Numbered from the stretch's first letter, positions 50,406 through 61,356 are shown. The stretch: DNA of 64,000 nt from Acidimicrobiia bacterium (GCA_050329555.1 JBHJOQ010000007.1:211-64210), one strand, 5' to 3'. Numbers and translations are program-made. The notes: generated by a model not told the origin, from the sequence alone.

Positions 50406-51392
50406 CTAGCCGCTGGTCGTGGTGGTTGCATCCGCCGGGGTTGTAGTCGATGTCGTGCCATCCCCATCCGACGGCGGGACGACACCTGCGGGGTTGGTCT
50501 GCCAGCTGCCGTACTTTTCGTTGACAGTCACCTCAGCGGAATCGAGGTGGTCGCCAATCCAGTTGCTCAGCACCGAGGGCAGGTTGGCGTTCCTCGTTCC
50601 CTCGATGATCTCCTCGTCGGTGGGGAGCTCGTCGTCGGTAGGGAAGGTCCTCTCGGTCACCAGGACCGTATGGAAACCGAACTGGGACTCGACCGGGCCA
50701 TACGGCACGTCGATCTCAGCCTCGAGCGTGGCTTCCATGAACTCGGGGACGTAACGCGTGGGGGCGGAGCATCCCAGGTCGCCGCCTTCTGTGCCGGTGC
50801 CCTGGTCCGTGGAAAGTTCCATGGCGAGGTCGGCAAATGATTCACCTCCGTCGAGACGGTCGAAGATGTCATTCGACTCGGCCTCGGTCTCCACCAGGAT
50901 GTGCGAGACACACACTTCTATGAGGTTGTCGAAGGCAGTCTCTCGTTGCGCTTCGATGTCTTCGGCCGACGGCGGTTCGATGCCGTCGATGAGGGCCTCA
51001 GCCAGGGCTGCTTCGACCAGCTGAAGGTGAGCGACTTTGTCGACGAAGTCTTGGGAAACTCCGTTCGCCTCGAGGAACTCTTCGAAGGTGATCCCTTCTT
51101 CAGCGTTCGTCTCGTAGATCCCCTGGCCGGCCTCGTCGATTTCCTCCTCTGTGAAGGAGATCTCGAAGTCCGCTTCGGCGGCAGCCACAACGATGTTCCA
51201 CTGGATCAAAAATCCGAGAAATTGGGCGAACTGATCCTTCGACAGAGTCTCGGAGTCGTCGAACCGGAGGGCGTTGACTTCACCGACCGTGAAGTCGGTG
51301 CCGTTGACCGATGCCGCAACCTCGCCGGCGCCCGAGCCGCAAGCACTGAGGAAGAGCGCGAGAGCCACAAATAACAGAGTGATTTTCTTCAA
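50406..51392 (-). CDS. Parvulin-type peptidyl-prolyl isomerase lipoprotein (PrsA/SurA-like)
   Basis: Lipobox LFLSAC. PPIase core VSHILVETEAE...GGDLGC...FGFHTVLV. Thr-rich C-terminal tail. Confidence 0.85.
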   Translation of the reverse strand: MKKITLLFVALALFLSACGSGAGEVAASVNGTDFTVGEVNALRFDDSETLSKDQFAQFLGFLIQWNIVVAAAEADFEISFTEEEIDEAGQGIYETNAEEGITFEEFLEANGVSQDFVDKVAHLQLVEAALAEALIDGIEPPSAEDIEAQRETAFDNLIEVCVSHILVETEAESNDIFDRLDGGESFADLAMELSTDQGTGTEGGDLGCSAPTRYVPEFMEATLEAEIDVPYGPVESQFGFHTVLVTERTFPTDDELPTDEEIIEGTRNANLPSVLSNWIGDHLDSAEVTVNEKYGSWQTNPAGVVPPSDGDGTTSTTTPADATTTTSG

Positions 51393-51466
51393 GAGAGATC
51401 CTTGGATGAGGGGAACAGACAGATCTTAGGTGTTCGTTACACCAACATGGACTTTCCGGCGGCGCA

Positions 51467-54400
51467 CTAATCCCACATATTCTTAACAAAGTCGATCAAG
51501 CCGGAAAGAATCGGTTTCGGCTCGGGGATGAACATCACTCCCTCCGCCGCCCGGAGGACCGCACCGGGTCTGAGCCGTTGCAGCCTGATTTCCTGAGATG
51601 GTTTCAGATCGACCGGCCCGAGCCTGACCTCATTGCGACGCCTTACGATCTCATCGAGCCCCACCCTGATCGCCTCGACCCGCAACCGGGCCAGTTCAAC
51701 GAGGGTTTCGGCTGATCCCGGTAGCGAACCGTACCGGTCGGCCCATTCGGCCACCACATCGTCGACGCCCTCGTGGGTTGTCGCCGCCGCAAGGCGCCGG
51801 TATGCCTCGAGGCGCAGCTCCTGGTCCTCGATGTAACCCTCCGGCAGGTGAGCGTCGACCGGCAAGTCGATTCGCACCTCTGCCGGCCCACTGTCGACAG
51901 ATTCCCTCCCTTCGAGCTCATCGACCGCCTCGGCTACCAGTTCGGCATATAGGTCGAAGCCAACTGCAGAGATGTGGCCAGTCTGAACCTCACCGAGAAT
52001 CGAGCCTGCGCCCCGAATTTCGAGGTCACGAATTGCCAGCTGAAAACCCGAGCCCAGATCGGTCGCCTCCCCGATTGCCTCCAGCCTGCGATGGGCATCT
52101 TCGCTGAGGCTCCGATCTGCGGGATGGAAGAGGTAGGCATAAGCGCGCTGGGCGGAGCGCCCGACCCGACCCCGCAGCTGATAAAGCTGGGCGAGGCCGA
52201 GCAGGTCGGACCTCTCCACGATGAGTGTGTTGACCTTGGGAAGATCGAGGCCCGATTCGATTATTGTCGTGGCCACGAGCACGTCGTAGTCGCCGTTCCA
52301 GAAGTCGATCATTACCTGTTCGAGCTGGCCCTCCGACATCTGCCCGTGGGCAACCGCGTATCGAGCGTCGGGGACCAGCTCGCGGAGGTGGGCCACGGCA
52401 CGATCGATCGACTGGACCCGGTTGTGCACGTAGAACACCTGGCCTTCGCGCAGGATTTCCCTACGTATCGCCGCCGACACCGCCTGGTCGTCGATCGGTC
52501 CGACATAGGTGAGAATGGGATGGCGATCTTCGGGTGGTGTCCTGATATGCGAAACCTCACGGATTCCGGTCAGGGCCATCTCCAGGGTCCGCGGGATGGG
52601 CGTGGCGGTCAGGGTGAGAACGTCTACTCCAACTTTCAGTCGCTTCATGGCATCTTTTGCCGCCACCCCGAACCTCTGCTCCTCGTCGATCACAAGCAGT
52701 CCCAGCGACTTGAAATCGATGTCCTCCGAAAGGAGCCGGTGGGTGCCGATCACCAGGTCGACCTCTCCGCTTTCGACTCCGCGGACCACCTCTCGCTGCT
52801 GTTTGGGCGTGAGAAATCTCGATAGCTGCTCAACCCGGATCGGATACGGGGCGAATCGCTCACCGAATGTCTGATGATGCTGTTGGGCGAGGAGTGTCGT
52901 CGGGCAGAGCACTGCAACCTGGCGTCCTGACTGAATCGCCTTGAATGCTGCCCGTATCGCAACTTCGGTTTTGCCGAAGCCGACATCCCCGAAAATGAGG
53001 CGGTCCATCGGCTTTGGCGACTCCATGTCGGCCTTCACCTCGACTATGGCACGGTCCTGGTCGACCGTCTCCTCGAACGGGAACGTCGCCTCCATCTCCG
53101 ATTGCCATGGGCTATCGACATCGAAGGCGTGGCCCGTCGCGCGGGCCCGCTGCCGATGGAGCTCGACCACCTCCTGGGCGACGGCTGCGACCGCACGCCG
53201 GACCCTGTTCTTCTGGTCGGACCAGTCTTTCCCTCCCATGCGGGAAACTCGCGGTGCCTCGCCACCCGTGTATTTCTTCACCGCAGCCAGCTGGTCCACC
53301 GGTACGTACAGCCTGTCTTCTCCGGCGTACCTGATGATCAAATAGTCCCTCTCGATGCCCATCATGGTCCGGGTGACCAAACCCTCGAACTTCCCGATAC
53401 CGTGTTGGTGGTGGACGACATAATCCCCCTCAGCCAGATCGCGATACTGCGGTTGGCCGACTGCCCGCGATCGACCCAACCGGCGGTGGGCACGGCGCCT
53501 GCCTGCGATCTCTTGCTCCCCGAGCACGGCGATGGCGGGAGTGGTGGAGACGAACCCATGATGAATGCCGGTCGGGACTACGGCAGGTCGAGGGCTCTCC
53601 AGGCGGTCCTTTCGATCGAGCGCCAGGCCGTGCTCGAGCAGCACCCCTGCCACTCGATCGGCCGCCGCGGCACCATCCATCGCCACCACCGGGGTGGTGC
53701 CATTGTCGAGCAGGCGGTTGATCGCGGTAGCCACCGCATCTGGGTCTCCGGCAACAGCATCGAATCCGCGGACCTCGAAAACTGGATCCGACGGCCCGGT
53801 CGGCGCAGTGGGCATCGAAAGGTGGCGCCGTACCAGGGAATCCTCGATGTCGAGGAAAAGCATCGGGTGTTCGCCGGCAACCGGTGCGGACTCACCCCAG
53901 GTCGGTGCCAGCGCGGCGGCGAGGTCGGTCTCCTCATCCCGGAGCTCCAGGGCCCGGTCCCGGGCTCGAGCGGGATCGGCGACAATCACGATTGCCTCTT
54001 CGGGAGCCTCGTCAATCAAAGACACCTCGTCGGCGAGCCAGGGAAGCCAGGACTCGATCCCCGAGAAGATCTGGCGTTGAACGATTCGCTCCCAGGTGGA
54101 AGCCGCCCACGGCGCGGACGTCAGCAGGCCGGACGCCTTTTCGCTCACTCCGCCGCCCGGGCGAAGCTCACGCGCCGGATAGACCACCAGTTCGTCGACG
54201 ATCTCCTCCGACCGCTGGCTTGCCGCCGAGAAGGCGCGAATCTCTTCGATTTCGTCTCCCCAGAAGTCGAGCCTTGCCGGTTCCTCGCCATGGGCAGGAA
54301 AGATGTCGACAATTCCTCCCCGGACCGCGAACTCGCCCCGGGCCTCGACCCTGTCGGTCCGCTGATACCCGAGGACGGCGAGGGTCGACCCCAATTGCTC

Positions 54401-54817
54401 CAGTTCCACCGACTGCCGGGGGCGGAGGACAAGCGGAGAGAAGGAACTTGGCGATAATCGCTGGATGGCGCCGCGAACACTGACGACAACGACTCCAGTC
54501 TTCGACGCCTCCTGAAGTCGGTGCCTGGCGCGCGCCCGACCCGCCATCGTGGACAGGTTGGGGGAAACGTGCTCGAAAGGGAGCGTCTCCCAGGCCGGTG
54601 CCAGCACAACATCATCGAGGAAGAGGCCGAGATCGTCGGCAAGGTCTCCTGCCTCCCGCTCTCCGGGCACAATCACAAGTGCGGTCTTCTCCAACTGACT
54701 CACCAGGCCGGCAATCGCGAAGGCCCGGCCATGGTGCGCAACTGCCCAGACCCCGCCCGGATCCGGAAGAGGGGCCGATCGCCAGCCGTCGAGAAGAGGG
54801 GAAAGGGGGGCGGTCAT
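51467..54817 (-). CDS. mfd: Transcription-repair coupling factor
   Basis: 1116 aa. Helicase motifs GDVGFGKTEV, DEEQRFG, TATPIPRT. C-terminal TRCF domain. Confidence 0.97.
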   Translation of the reverse strand: MTAPLSPLLDGWRSAPLPDPGGVWAVAHHGRAFAIAGLVSQLEKTALVIVPGEREAGDLADDLGLFLDDVVLAPAWETLPFEHVSPNLSTMAGRARARHRLQEASKTGVVVVSVRGAIQRLSPSSFSPLVLRPRQSVELEQLGSTLAVLGYQRTDRVEARGEFAVRGGIVDIFPAHGEEPARLDFWGDEIEEIRAFSAASQRSEEIVDELVVYPARELRPGGGVSEKASGLLTSAPWAASTWERIVQRQIFSGIESWLPWLADEVSLIDEAPEEAIVIVADPARARDRALELRDEETDLAAALAPTWGESAPVAGEHPMLFLDIEDSLVRRHLSMPTAPTGPSDPVFEVRGFDAVAGDPDAVATAINRLLDNGTTPVVAMDGAAAADRVAGVLLEHGLALDRKDRLESPRPAVVPTGIHHGFVSTTPAIAVLGEQEIAGRRRAHRRLGRSRAVGQPQYRDLAEGDYVVHHQHGIGKFEGLVTRTMMGIERDYLIIRYAGEDRLYVPVDQLAAVKKYTGGEAPRVSRMGGKDWSDQKNRVRRAVAAVAQEVVELHRQRARATGHAFDVDSPWQSEMEATFPFEETVDQDRAIVEVKADMESPKPMDRLIFGDVGFGKTEVAIRAAFKAIQSGRQVAVLCPTTLLAQQHHQTFGERFAPYPIRVEQLSRFLTPKQQREVVRGVESGEVDLVIGTHRLLSEDIDFKSLGLLVIDEEQRFGVAAKDAMKRLKVGVDVLTLTATPIPRTLEMALTGIREVSHIRTPPEDRHPILTYVGPIDDQAVSAAIRREILREGQVFYVHNRVQSIDRAVAHLRELVPDARYAVAHGQMSEGQLEQVMIDFWNGDYDVLVATTIIESGLDLPKVNTLIVERSDLLGLAQLYQLRGRVGRSAQRAYAYLFHPADRSLSEDAHRRLEAIGEATDLGSGFQLAIRDLEIRGAGSILGEVQTGHISAVGFDLYAELVAEAVDELEGRESVDSGPAEVRIDLPVDAHLPEGYIEDQELRLEAYRRLAAATTHEGVDDVVAEWADRYGSLPGSAETLVELARLRVEAIRVGLDEIVRRRNEVRLGPVDLKPSQEIRLQRLRPGAVLRAAEGVMFIPEPKPILSGLIDFVKNMWD

Positions 54818-54863
54818 GGAACCAATCGATGCTAACCGGGGGGCAGGGTCAACTATCCAAAGG

Positions 54864-55841
54864 TCAACTATTCAGCAGGCCTTCGGCAGCAAACCACGAG
54901 ATCGTCCTGGCGATAGTCTCGGCAACCGGGCGGTATTCCAACCCGAGTTCGAATGACGCCCTGGAACCGTTATAGCGGTGTCCGAAGCGCATGACTTTGA
55001 CCATCTCCCTGCAGAACGGCAGTTCCCTTCCGGCAAGCCGTGCCACCGGTTCAGCTACAGCGGCGAGAGCGGTCACCAGCGGGCCGGGAACGTATCGTGG
55101 GCCCAGCTCCCTCGCCGAAGCCTCTGCGGCAACCTTCACCGCCTCACGCACTCCGACGGTTCCGCCGCTAAGGATATAGCGGCTCCCCGGCTCCCCCCTT
55201 CCCGCAGCGAGAAGATGGCCCAGGGCGCAGTCGTCGATATCGACCAAGGAGATCGGAGAGTCGACCAGATAGCGGAGCCGCCCGTTTACCACGTCGAGGA
55301 TCAGCTTCCCGGTGCCCGTTGCGCGCCCCGGGCCTTGCACCGAGGAGGGATTCACCGCCACCACCTCGAGGTCTCCGGCGTCTGCAAAGAGTCTCTGCTC
55401 ACCGAGGAATTTGGTGCGCTCGTACCCGGACAGAAAGAAGCCCCTGTGCTCCGAGTCCTCGTTTCCGACCTCGCCCCTCTGTTCGCCGATGGTCACCGCC
55501 GAAGAGGTGTGGACCAGCCGTCTCACCCCGGCTCTCCTGCACGCCTCGACCACAGCCGACACCCCACCGACGTTGACCCGGTGCATCGCCGAAGTGTCAC
55601 GCACGCACATCTGGTTCATTCCCGCGCTATTGAAGACGATCTCACACCCGGCTACCAGGAGTTGCAACGATTCGGTGTCGAGGAGGTCGCCGGGAACGGG
55701 AACGGCGCCCAACGCTTCGAGCTGTTTCCGGCTCTCCGCGGACCTGGCCAGAGCCCGGACCTCGTCGTACCCGCCCGCCGTGAGCATCCTTACCACCGCA
55801 GTCCCGACAACACCGGAGCCGCCCGTGACGGCGACCTTCAT
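54864..55841 (-). CDS. NAD-dependent epimerase/dehydratase family (extended SDR)
   Basis: MKVAVTGGSGVVGTAVV Rossmann motif, 325 aa. Confidence 0.85.
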   Translation of the reverse strand: MKVAVTGGSGVVGTAVVRMLTAGGYDEVRALARSAESRKQLEALGAVPVPGDLLDTESLQLLVAGCEIVFNSAGMNQMCVRDTSAMHRVNVGGVSAVVEACRRAGVRRLVHTSSAVTIGEQRGEVGNEDSEHRGFFLSGYERTKFLGEQRLFADAGDLEVVAVNPSSVQGPGRATGTGKLILDVVNGRLRYLVDSPISLVDIDDCALGHLLAAGRGEPGSRYILSGGTVGVREAVKVAAEASARELGPRYVPGPLVTALAAVAEPVARLAGRELPFCREMVKVMRFGHRYNGSRASFELGLEYRPVAETIARTISWFAAEGLLNS

Positions 55842-55859
55842 CGCGTCGTCCCCCAGCGC

Positions 55860-56543
55860 TTACTCAACCTCTTTGTCCTCGGGCGTCGGCACCATGAACC
55901 GGTGCCCGTCGGAGTCGACCTCGACTGCCACGGCACCCCCCTCATCCTCGTGGATCGTGTACCAGAAGGCAGACACATATCCCCATGCGGAGCCCACGGT
56001 GGCGATGACCGCGATGAGCATCAGCCACTCATCGAAATACCATGGGCCCAGGGTCCCCGGAAAGCGCAGAAACGCCCAGAAGATCGCGGTGAACTGGGTT
56101 GCCGCCTTTATCTTCCCCCAGGTCGATGGTCGGATCAGCCCGCCCCGTTCGGCGACAACCCCGCGCAGGGCCATCACAGTGAACTCGCGGAAGACGATGA
56201 TCACTGCCGGCCAGATCGAGACCCGGTCGATGGATACCAACGCGAACAGGGTTCCGGTGACGAGGATCTTGTCTGCTGTCGTGTCGAGGAAGGCTCCCAG
56301 GGTCGTCCCGCCCGTAGTCCGCCTGGCCACATAGCCATCCAGGAAATCGGTAAAAGCAGCTATCGCGAAGAGAGTCGCGGCAATCCCGAGGGCGTGGTCA
56401 ATCTGCTCGGACCGGGTGAACGCCATGATCACCGGGACCAGGGCGATGCGAATCAGCGCCAGAAAGTCGGCCAGTGAAATCAGGAACTCCTCGGGTGTTC
56501 GGACTGAGATAGTAATAAGGCAAAGACGAAAACCCTCCGACAG
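55860..56543 (-). CDS. CDP-alcohol phosphatidyltransferase (PgsA-like); start codon unresolved
   Basis: DFLDGYVARRTTGGTTLGAFLDTTADKILV motif. The conserved N-terminal helix ADFLALIRIALVP has no in-frame ATG/GTG/TTG between it and the glpK stop. CTG 56543 or ATG 56639 (overlapping glpK) are the options. Confidence 0.75.
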   Translation of the reverse strand: MSEGFRLCLITISVRTPEEFLISLADFLALIRIALVPVIMAFTRSEQIDHALGIAATLFAIAAFTDFLDGYVARRTTGGTTLGAFLDTTADKILVTGTLFALVSIDRVSIWPAVIIVFREFTVMALRGVVAERGGLIRPSTWGKIKAATQFTAIFWAFLRFPGTLGPWYFDEWLMLIAVIATVGSAWGYVSAFWYTIHEDEGGAVAVEVDSDGHRFMVPTPEDKEVE

Positions 56544-56544
56544 G

Positions 56545-58020
56545 TCATGTCCAATCCAACGAGCGTTGGATCGCCGCCTTCCATCGGCACACGAGATGAT
56601 CCCGTGTCGCGGCGTCCATTGCCGACACCCAGCGCTCATCCTCTGCCCACAGAGACCGCAACTCGTCCATCGACTCCCAGAAGCCCGAAGCCAGACCTGC
56701 CGCATATGCAGCTCCGAGCGCCGTGGTCTCGGTGATCTCCGGACGGACAACGGCCACGCCAAGCAGGTCTGCCTGGAACTGCATCAGGAGGGCGTTGGCG
56801 GTCATCCCCCCGTCTACCTTCATTTCGGTCAGGTCCACACCCGAGTCGGCGACCATCGCCTCCAGGACGTCTCTGGTCTGGAATGCGGTCGATTCGAGCG
56901 CCGCCCGGGCGATATGGCCCTTGGTGGAGAACCGGGTGAGGCCGGCGATGACACCGCGTGCATCGGGTCGCCAGTGCGGGGCGAACAAGCCCGAAAAAGC
57001 TGGGACGAAATAGACATCCCCGTTGTCGTCGACGGAGGAGGCCAGCGTCTCGACCTCACCGGAGGTTGCGATGATCCCCAGATTGTCCCGGAGCCACTGA
57101 ACCAGGGAGCCGGTGACTGCCACCGAGCCCTCGAGAGCGTACGCCGGCCCGGCGTCGGTCCCGGTATGCGCCACGGTGGTGATCAGGCCGGCCTCCGAGG
57201 CGACCGGAGCCGAACCGGTGTTCATCAACATGAAGTTCCCGGTGCCGTAGGTGTTCTTGGTCTGGCCGGGAGAGAAACAGACCTGGCCGAACAACGCGGC
57301 CTGTTGATCCCCGAGTATCGAACCAAGAGGTACCCCTTCGAGCGGGCCGCGACACTCGGCGATGATGCCCACGGAGTCGACGATTCGGGGCAGCATCACC
57401 GACGGCACGCCGAGCTCGATGCAGAGATCGGCGTCCCACGTCCTCGAACCAAGATCCATTAGCAAAGAGCGAGATGCGTTGGTGGTGTCCGTGACATGCT
57501 CGCCTGTCAGGTGCCAGGCGAGCCAGGAGTCCATGGTGCCGAACAGGACCTCTCCCTTTTCTGCCTTCTCCCTGAGGTCGAGCTCGTCGATGATCCAGCG
57601 GGCCTTTGGACCGCTGAAGTAGGTAGCGATCGGTAGACCGGTCTTCTCCCGAAAGCGGTCAATGCCCGCGCTACCTGCAAGCTCTTCACACAGTGCGGCG
57701 GTACGGGTGTCCTGCCAGACAATTGCGTTGGAAACCGGCATTCCCGTTGCCGCCTCCCAGACCACTGTGGTCTCACGCTGGTTTGTGATCCCGACCGCGA
57801 TCAGGTCTTTGCGGGATAGGCCCGATTTGTCGAGGGCGCCCTCGACCACCGACGTTGTCTTCGACCAGATCTCGACCGGATCGTGTTCAACACGGCCGGG
57901 AGCGGGAAAGATCTGCTCGTGTTCCCTCTGGTCCGACGCGACGACTGCGCCGTCGTGGTCGAAGACCATGAAGCGGGTCGACGTTGTTCCCTGATCGAGA
58001 GAACCGATGAACTCGGCCAT
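56545..58020 (-). CDS. glpK: Glycerol kinase
   Basis: Start [20 protein letters not shown] (ATG 58020). [18 protein letters not shown]. Confidence 0.95.
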   Translation of the reverse strand: MAEFIGSLDQGTTSTRFMVFDHDGAVVASDQREHEQIFPAPGRVEHDPVEIWSKTTSVVEGALDKSGLSRKDLIAVGITNQRETTVVWEAATGMPVSNAIVWQDTRTAALCEELAGSAGIDRFREKTGLPIATYFSGPKARWIIDELDLREKAEKGEVLFGTMDSWLAWHLTGEHVTDTTNASRSLLMDLGSRTWDADLCIELGVPSVMLPRIVDSVGIIAECRGPLEGVPLGSILGDQQAALFGQVCFSPGQTKNTYGTGNFMLMNTGSAPVASEAGLITTVAHTGTDAGPAYALEGSVAVTGSLVQWLRDNLGIIATSGEVETLASSVDDNGDVYFVPAFSGLFAPHWRPDARGVIAGLTRFSTKGHIARAALESTAFQTRDVLEAMVADSGVDLTEMKVDGGMTANALLMQFQADLLGVAVVRPEITETTALGAAYAAGLASGFWESMDELRSLWAEDERWVSAMDAATRDHLVCRWKAAIQRSLDWT

Positions 58021-58031
58021 TGACGTTGAAG

Positions 58032-58640
58032 TTAGTGGAGCGGAGGCCCGGCTTCGAATAGAGCCGCCTTCTCCTGTGCCCTGGGCCTGTCGGTCAGCCA
58101 CATCTCGGCGACATCGGCGCCAGCCTCGACCATCAGGTCCACCGTGGCTCGCTCTGTGCGCGAGAAGGGTTTGAGCACATAGGTAGCCGGGTCGACTGAG
58201 CCCGGCGGCCGACCCACGCCAACCTTCAACCTCGAGAACTCTTTGGTGCCCAGGGCCCGCTCCAACGAGCGAATTCCGTTGTGCCCGCCGCTTCCCCCGC
58301 CAACCTGGAGGCGGAGGCGACCGAATGGGAGGTCGATGTCATCGTGGACCACCAGCAGGTCCTCCGCAACCACCTTGTAGTAGAGAGCGGCGGCGCGAAC
58401 CGATTCTCCCGACTCGTTCATGAAGCGGTTGGGTGCGAGATACATGACCTTGCTGTCACCAAAACCGGACTTTGCAACCTGTCCGTGGATGCGAAGCGGC
58501 CCGCGACCGAGCCTCTCGCCAAGACGACCGAGCAACCTCTCCAACACCTCGAATCCCACGTTGTGGCGGGTGCCTTCGTAGTCGGACCCCGGGTTGCGGA
58601 GCCCAACGACGAGCGAAGTGTGCTGCGACCGTTTGATCAG
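58032..58640 (-). CDS. pth: Peptidyl-tRNA hydrolase; likely non-canonical start (CTG 58640 or ATC 58637)
   Basis: The track ORF starts at an internal GTG (58559). Own translation upstream in frame gives [33 protein letters not shown], i.e. the conserved GLGNPG..TRHN N-terminus, with no ATG/GTG/TTG available. Confidence 0.85.
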   Translation of the reverse strand: MIKRSQHTSLVVGLRNPGSDYEGTRHNVGFEVLERLLGRLGERLGRGPLRIHGQVAKSGFGDSKVMYLAPNRFMNESGESVRAAALYYKVVAEDLLVVHDDIDLPFGRLRLQVGGGSGGHNGIRSLERALGTKEFSRLKVGVGRPPGSVDPATYVLKPFSRTERATVDLMVEAGADVAEMWLTDRPRAQEKAALFEAGPPLH

Positions 58641-59332
58641 TCGGAGGCTTCCTCGTCTGAGCCCTCTGCGGACCCCTCCTCGCTTTCGCCCTCCTCGCCT
58701 TCGGCGGCCTCTTCGCCTTCGGGCAGTTCTTTGCCCTCCAGCATCTCGACTGCTTCAGGCTCCTCTTCGATCTCGGCAGCGGGAACGGTGACAGACATGA
58801 CTACGGCCTCCGGGTCCTCGGCGTATTCGACCCCTTCGAGTTCGGGCAGGTCGCTGATACGCAGCGATTCTCCCAGTTCGACCCCCGAGATATCGAGTTC
58901 GACGAACGACGGGATGGTCGAGGCCAGGGTCAACACCTGGACGGTGGTGCGTCGCGGAGAGAAGACGCCGCCCTCGATCACACCTGCGGCGGTGCCCTCG
59001 AAGTGGATCGGGATCTCGAAGCTGAGTTTTTCATCGAGCGAAATGGCGACGAAGTCGACGTGCCGGTACTCGTTGCGGAACGGGTGCTTGTCGACGACGC
59101 GTGCCATCGTCAGCAGAGGCTTCTCGTTCTCGATTTCGAGGTTGATGAGAGCGTTGGCGCCGGCTTCGGTGTGGAGCGCGACCCGGAGATCGTGGGCATC
59201 TACTGAGATCGGGCGGGCTTCGGTGCCGTGACCGTAGACGACGGCCGGCACATTGCCTGTGCGGCGGATCCGGCGCGACTCCCGTGAACCGGGGCTTCGG
59301 CCGGCTTCGGCGCGCAAGGTGACCTGCGACAT
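58637..59332 (-). CDS. rplY: 50S ribosomal protein L25 / general stress protein Ctc
   Basis: 231 aa, RRIRRTGNVPAVVYG, acidic C-terminal tail. Confidence 0.9.
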   Translation of the reverse strand: MSQVTLRAEAGRSPGSRESRRIRRTGNVPAVVYGHGTEARPISVDAHDLRVALHTEAGANALINLEIENEKPLLTMARVVDKHPFRNEYRHVDFVAISLDEKLSFEIPIHFEGTAAGVIEGGVFSPRRTTVQVLTLASTIPSFVELDISGVELGESLRISDLPELEGVEYAEDPEAVVMSVTVPAAEIEEEPEAVEMLEGKELPEGEEAAEGEEGESEEGSAEGSDEEASD

Positions 59333-59369
59333 TGAAAAGACTCCTTCAAGATGAGGGGTGAAAACCCAA

Positions 59370-60032
59370 TTATGCCGTGGTCCGGCTACTTTCGCCAGAC
59401 GAGACCGATGAGATGAAGACGGCAGAGACGGTCGCCAGCCGCTCGATCATGGACTCCGGTTTCCATCCCCCGCCGCTGAATCCGTGATTGGCGCCTTCGA
59501 GGACCTCGACCGTCGCGTTTGGCAACGGCCTGATGTACCGGTCGAACAACTCCATCCGGCTGAGCGGGTCCCGGGTCCCCTGAAAGAAGAGCATGGGCCG
59601 GGCAACGTCGGTGAAGTGCGCCACCCTGAGCTTTTCAGGCTTTCCCGCAGGGTGGAGTGGATAGGAATAGAGAATCAGCCCGGCGCAGTCATAGCCTTCC
59701 GCTGCCAGGTAGGTGCCCATCCGACCCCCCATCGACCGCCCGGCCAGAAAGATCCGCTCCACGTCCTGGCGCAACGCTTCGGCGGCCGCCTGATGGCATT
59801 CGACAAGCTTCTCGGGGCGGTCGGGCCGCTTGGAACCGCGCTCGGTGTAGGGATAATTGAACGTCATGACGGTGAGGCCCTGTTCCGCCAGACGCTGTCG
59901 CAAAGCAACCATGTGCGGGTGGTCCTGGTCTGTGCCGGCTCCGTGAGCGAGGAGAACTCCGTCAGTACCAGACCCGTCGAGGATTCCGGTGACCTCACCG
60001 GTGTCCCATCCGATTTTCAGCCGGCGTGCCAT
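59370..60032 (-). CDS. Alpha/beta-fold hydrolase (COG3571-like)
   Basis: 220 aa. LLAHGAG, nucleophile elbow GRSMGG, FFQGTRDP, GANHGF. Confidence 0.8.
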   Translation of the reverse strand: MARRLKIGWDTGEVTGILDGSGTDGVLLAHGAGTDQDHPHMVALRQRLAEQGLTVMTFNYPYTERGSKRPDRPEKLVECHQAAAEALRQDVERIFLAGRSMGGRMGTYLAAEGYDCAGLILYSYPLHPAGKPEKLRVAHFTDVARPMLFFQGTRDPLSRMELFDRYIRPLPNATVEVLEGANHGFSGGGWKPESMIERLATVSAVFISSVSSGESSRTTA

Positions 60033-60054
60033 TCGTCCTGATTCCGGGCGGCGC

Positions 60055-61167
60055 TCAGCCCCGGATCAATCCCCAATAGGAGGTTTCGTGGTTGTCGTGC
60101 AGAGCCTCGTGGACCGAAACGACGACTGCGATGAGCGGGATGGCGAGGAAGGCCCCGAGGAGCCCGAAGGCGAAACCTCCGGCTGCGATCCCGAGGAGGA
60201 TCACCAGAGGATGGAGTCGCATCGTCTGGCCAAAAACCAGCGGCAGGACGACATCACCTTCGACCTGCTGGACGACAACCACTATGGCAAGGACGATCAA
60301 AGCATCGACCCATCCCCCGTTGACGAAAGCCACCGCCACCGCGAACAGGCCGGAGGCGAAGGCACCTACGAGGGGGAAGAACGCCCCGAAGAAGACCAGG
60401 ATCGATAGGGGCAGGATCAGGGGAACGCCAACGATCCACAATCCGATGGCGATGACCGTGGCGTCGAAGAGCCCGACCAGAGCGATACCCCGCATGTACT
60501 GGGTCAGAGTCCGCCAGCCCACCCGTATCGCGACGGCGAAGTCGTCCGAACGTCTCTCCGGAAGCCGCGCAATGAATTTCTTTGCCATGGGCCGGCCGTC
60601 CTTGAGGACGAAAAACGTGACGATCACGGCAAGGAAGATGCCGCTGAAGAACTCCGCCACCGCCGTCGCTCCCCCGAGCACCGACTCGCCCCGGATCGAT
60701 TGGAGCTGTTCCAGCAGAGACTCGACGAAACCGTCGACCTGACTCTGCGAAAGCCCGAGCGGGCCGGTTATCAGCCAATCAGTCAGGCTCTCCCACGCCC
60801 GAACCACGTCGTCGCTCAAAGTGCCGAAGTTGGACGCGATCGACGGAACAACCAAGAACATGAGACCGGTCAAGGCCAGGAGAGCTCCCAGCAGGGCAGT
60901 GAGGCTGGCGATGATTGGCGGCCAATTTGCCGAATCGATCAGCCACTTGACCGGAGCCCATATGACCGAGGCGAGAAACAGGGAGATGACCACGGCGATG
61001 ATGACCACGCTCACACTTTGGAGCACCTGGAATCCGAAGTAGATCACGACTCCGATTGCGATCAGGCGCCAAGCTGCCGCGCCCAGTGTGACGAACCAGG
61101 AGGGAAGGCGACGATCCGCAGGAACGATCAGCTCCGGCGATTCAGGTATTGGGCGGGAGTCGGGCAC
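60055..61167 (-). CDS. AI-2E family transporter (PerM/UPF0118)
   Basis: 370 aa, about 8 TM helices, C-terminal conserved FGLLGAFLAIPL. Confidence 0.85.
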   Translation of the reverse strand: MPDSRPIPESPELIVPADRRLPSWFVTLGAAAWRLIAIGVVIYFGFQVLQSVSVVIIAVVISLFLASVIWAPVKWLIDSANWPPIIASLTALLGALLALTGLMFLVVPSIASNFGTLSDDVVRAWESLTDWLITGPLGLSQSQVDGFVESLLEQLQSIRGESVLGGATAVAEFFSGIFLAVIVTFFVLKDGRPMAKKFIARLPERRSDDFAVAIRVGWRTLTQYMRGIALVGLFDATVIAIGLWIVGVPLILPLSILVFFGAFFPLVGAFASGLFAVAVAFVNGGWVDALIVLAIVVVVQQVEGDVVLPLVFGQTMRLHPLVILLGIAAGGFAFGLLGAFLAIPLIAVVVSVHEALHDNHETSYWGLIRG

Positions 61168-61330
61168 GTGGTGACGTTATCCCAAAAGCGGGACTGTCGC
61201 GTCAATCCGGTCGGATGCATCCGGTTGCCAGCCAGTTCGGCCGTTTATCCCAGGCGGCTGACAGGTAGAGATGGTTGAGCGCAATGAATCACCGAACAGA
61301 TCATTCAAGTGAAGCGCGATGGTCGGACAC

Positions 61331-61356
61331 CTACCCGGGTAGGCATACCGGTATGC
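61331..61356. promoter_or_regulatory. Two abutting perfect palindromes CTACCCGGGTAG and GCATACCGGTATGC
   Basis: Read directly in the 400-nt divergent intergenic region between the AI-2E transporter and pgl genes. Function unknown. Confidence 0.3.
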
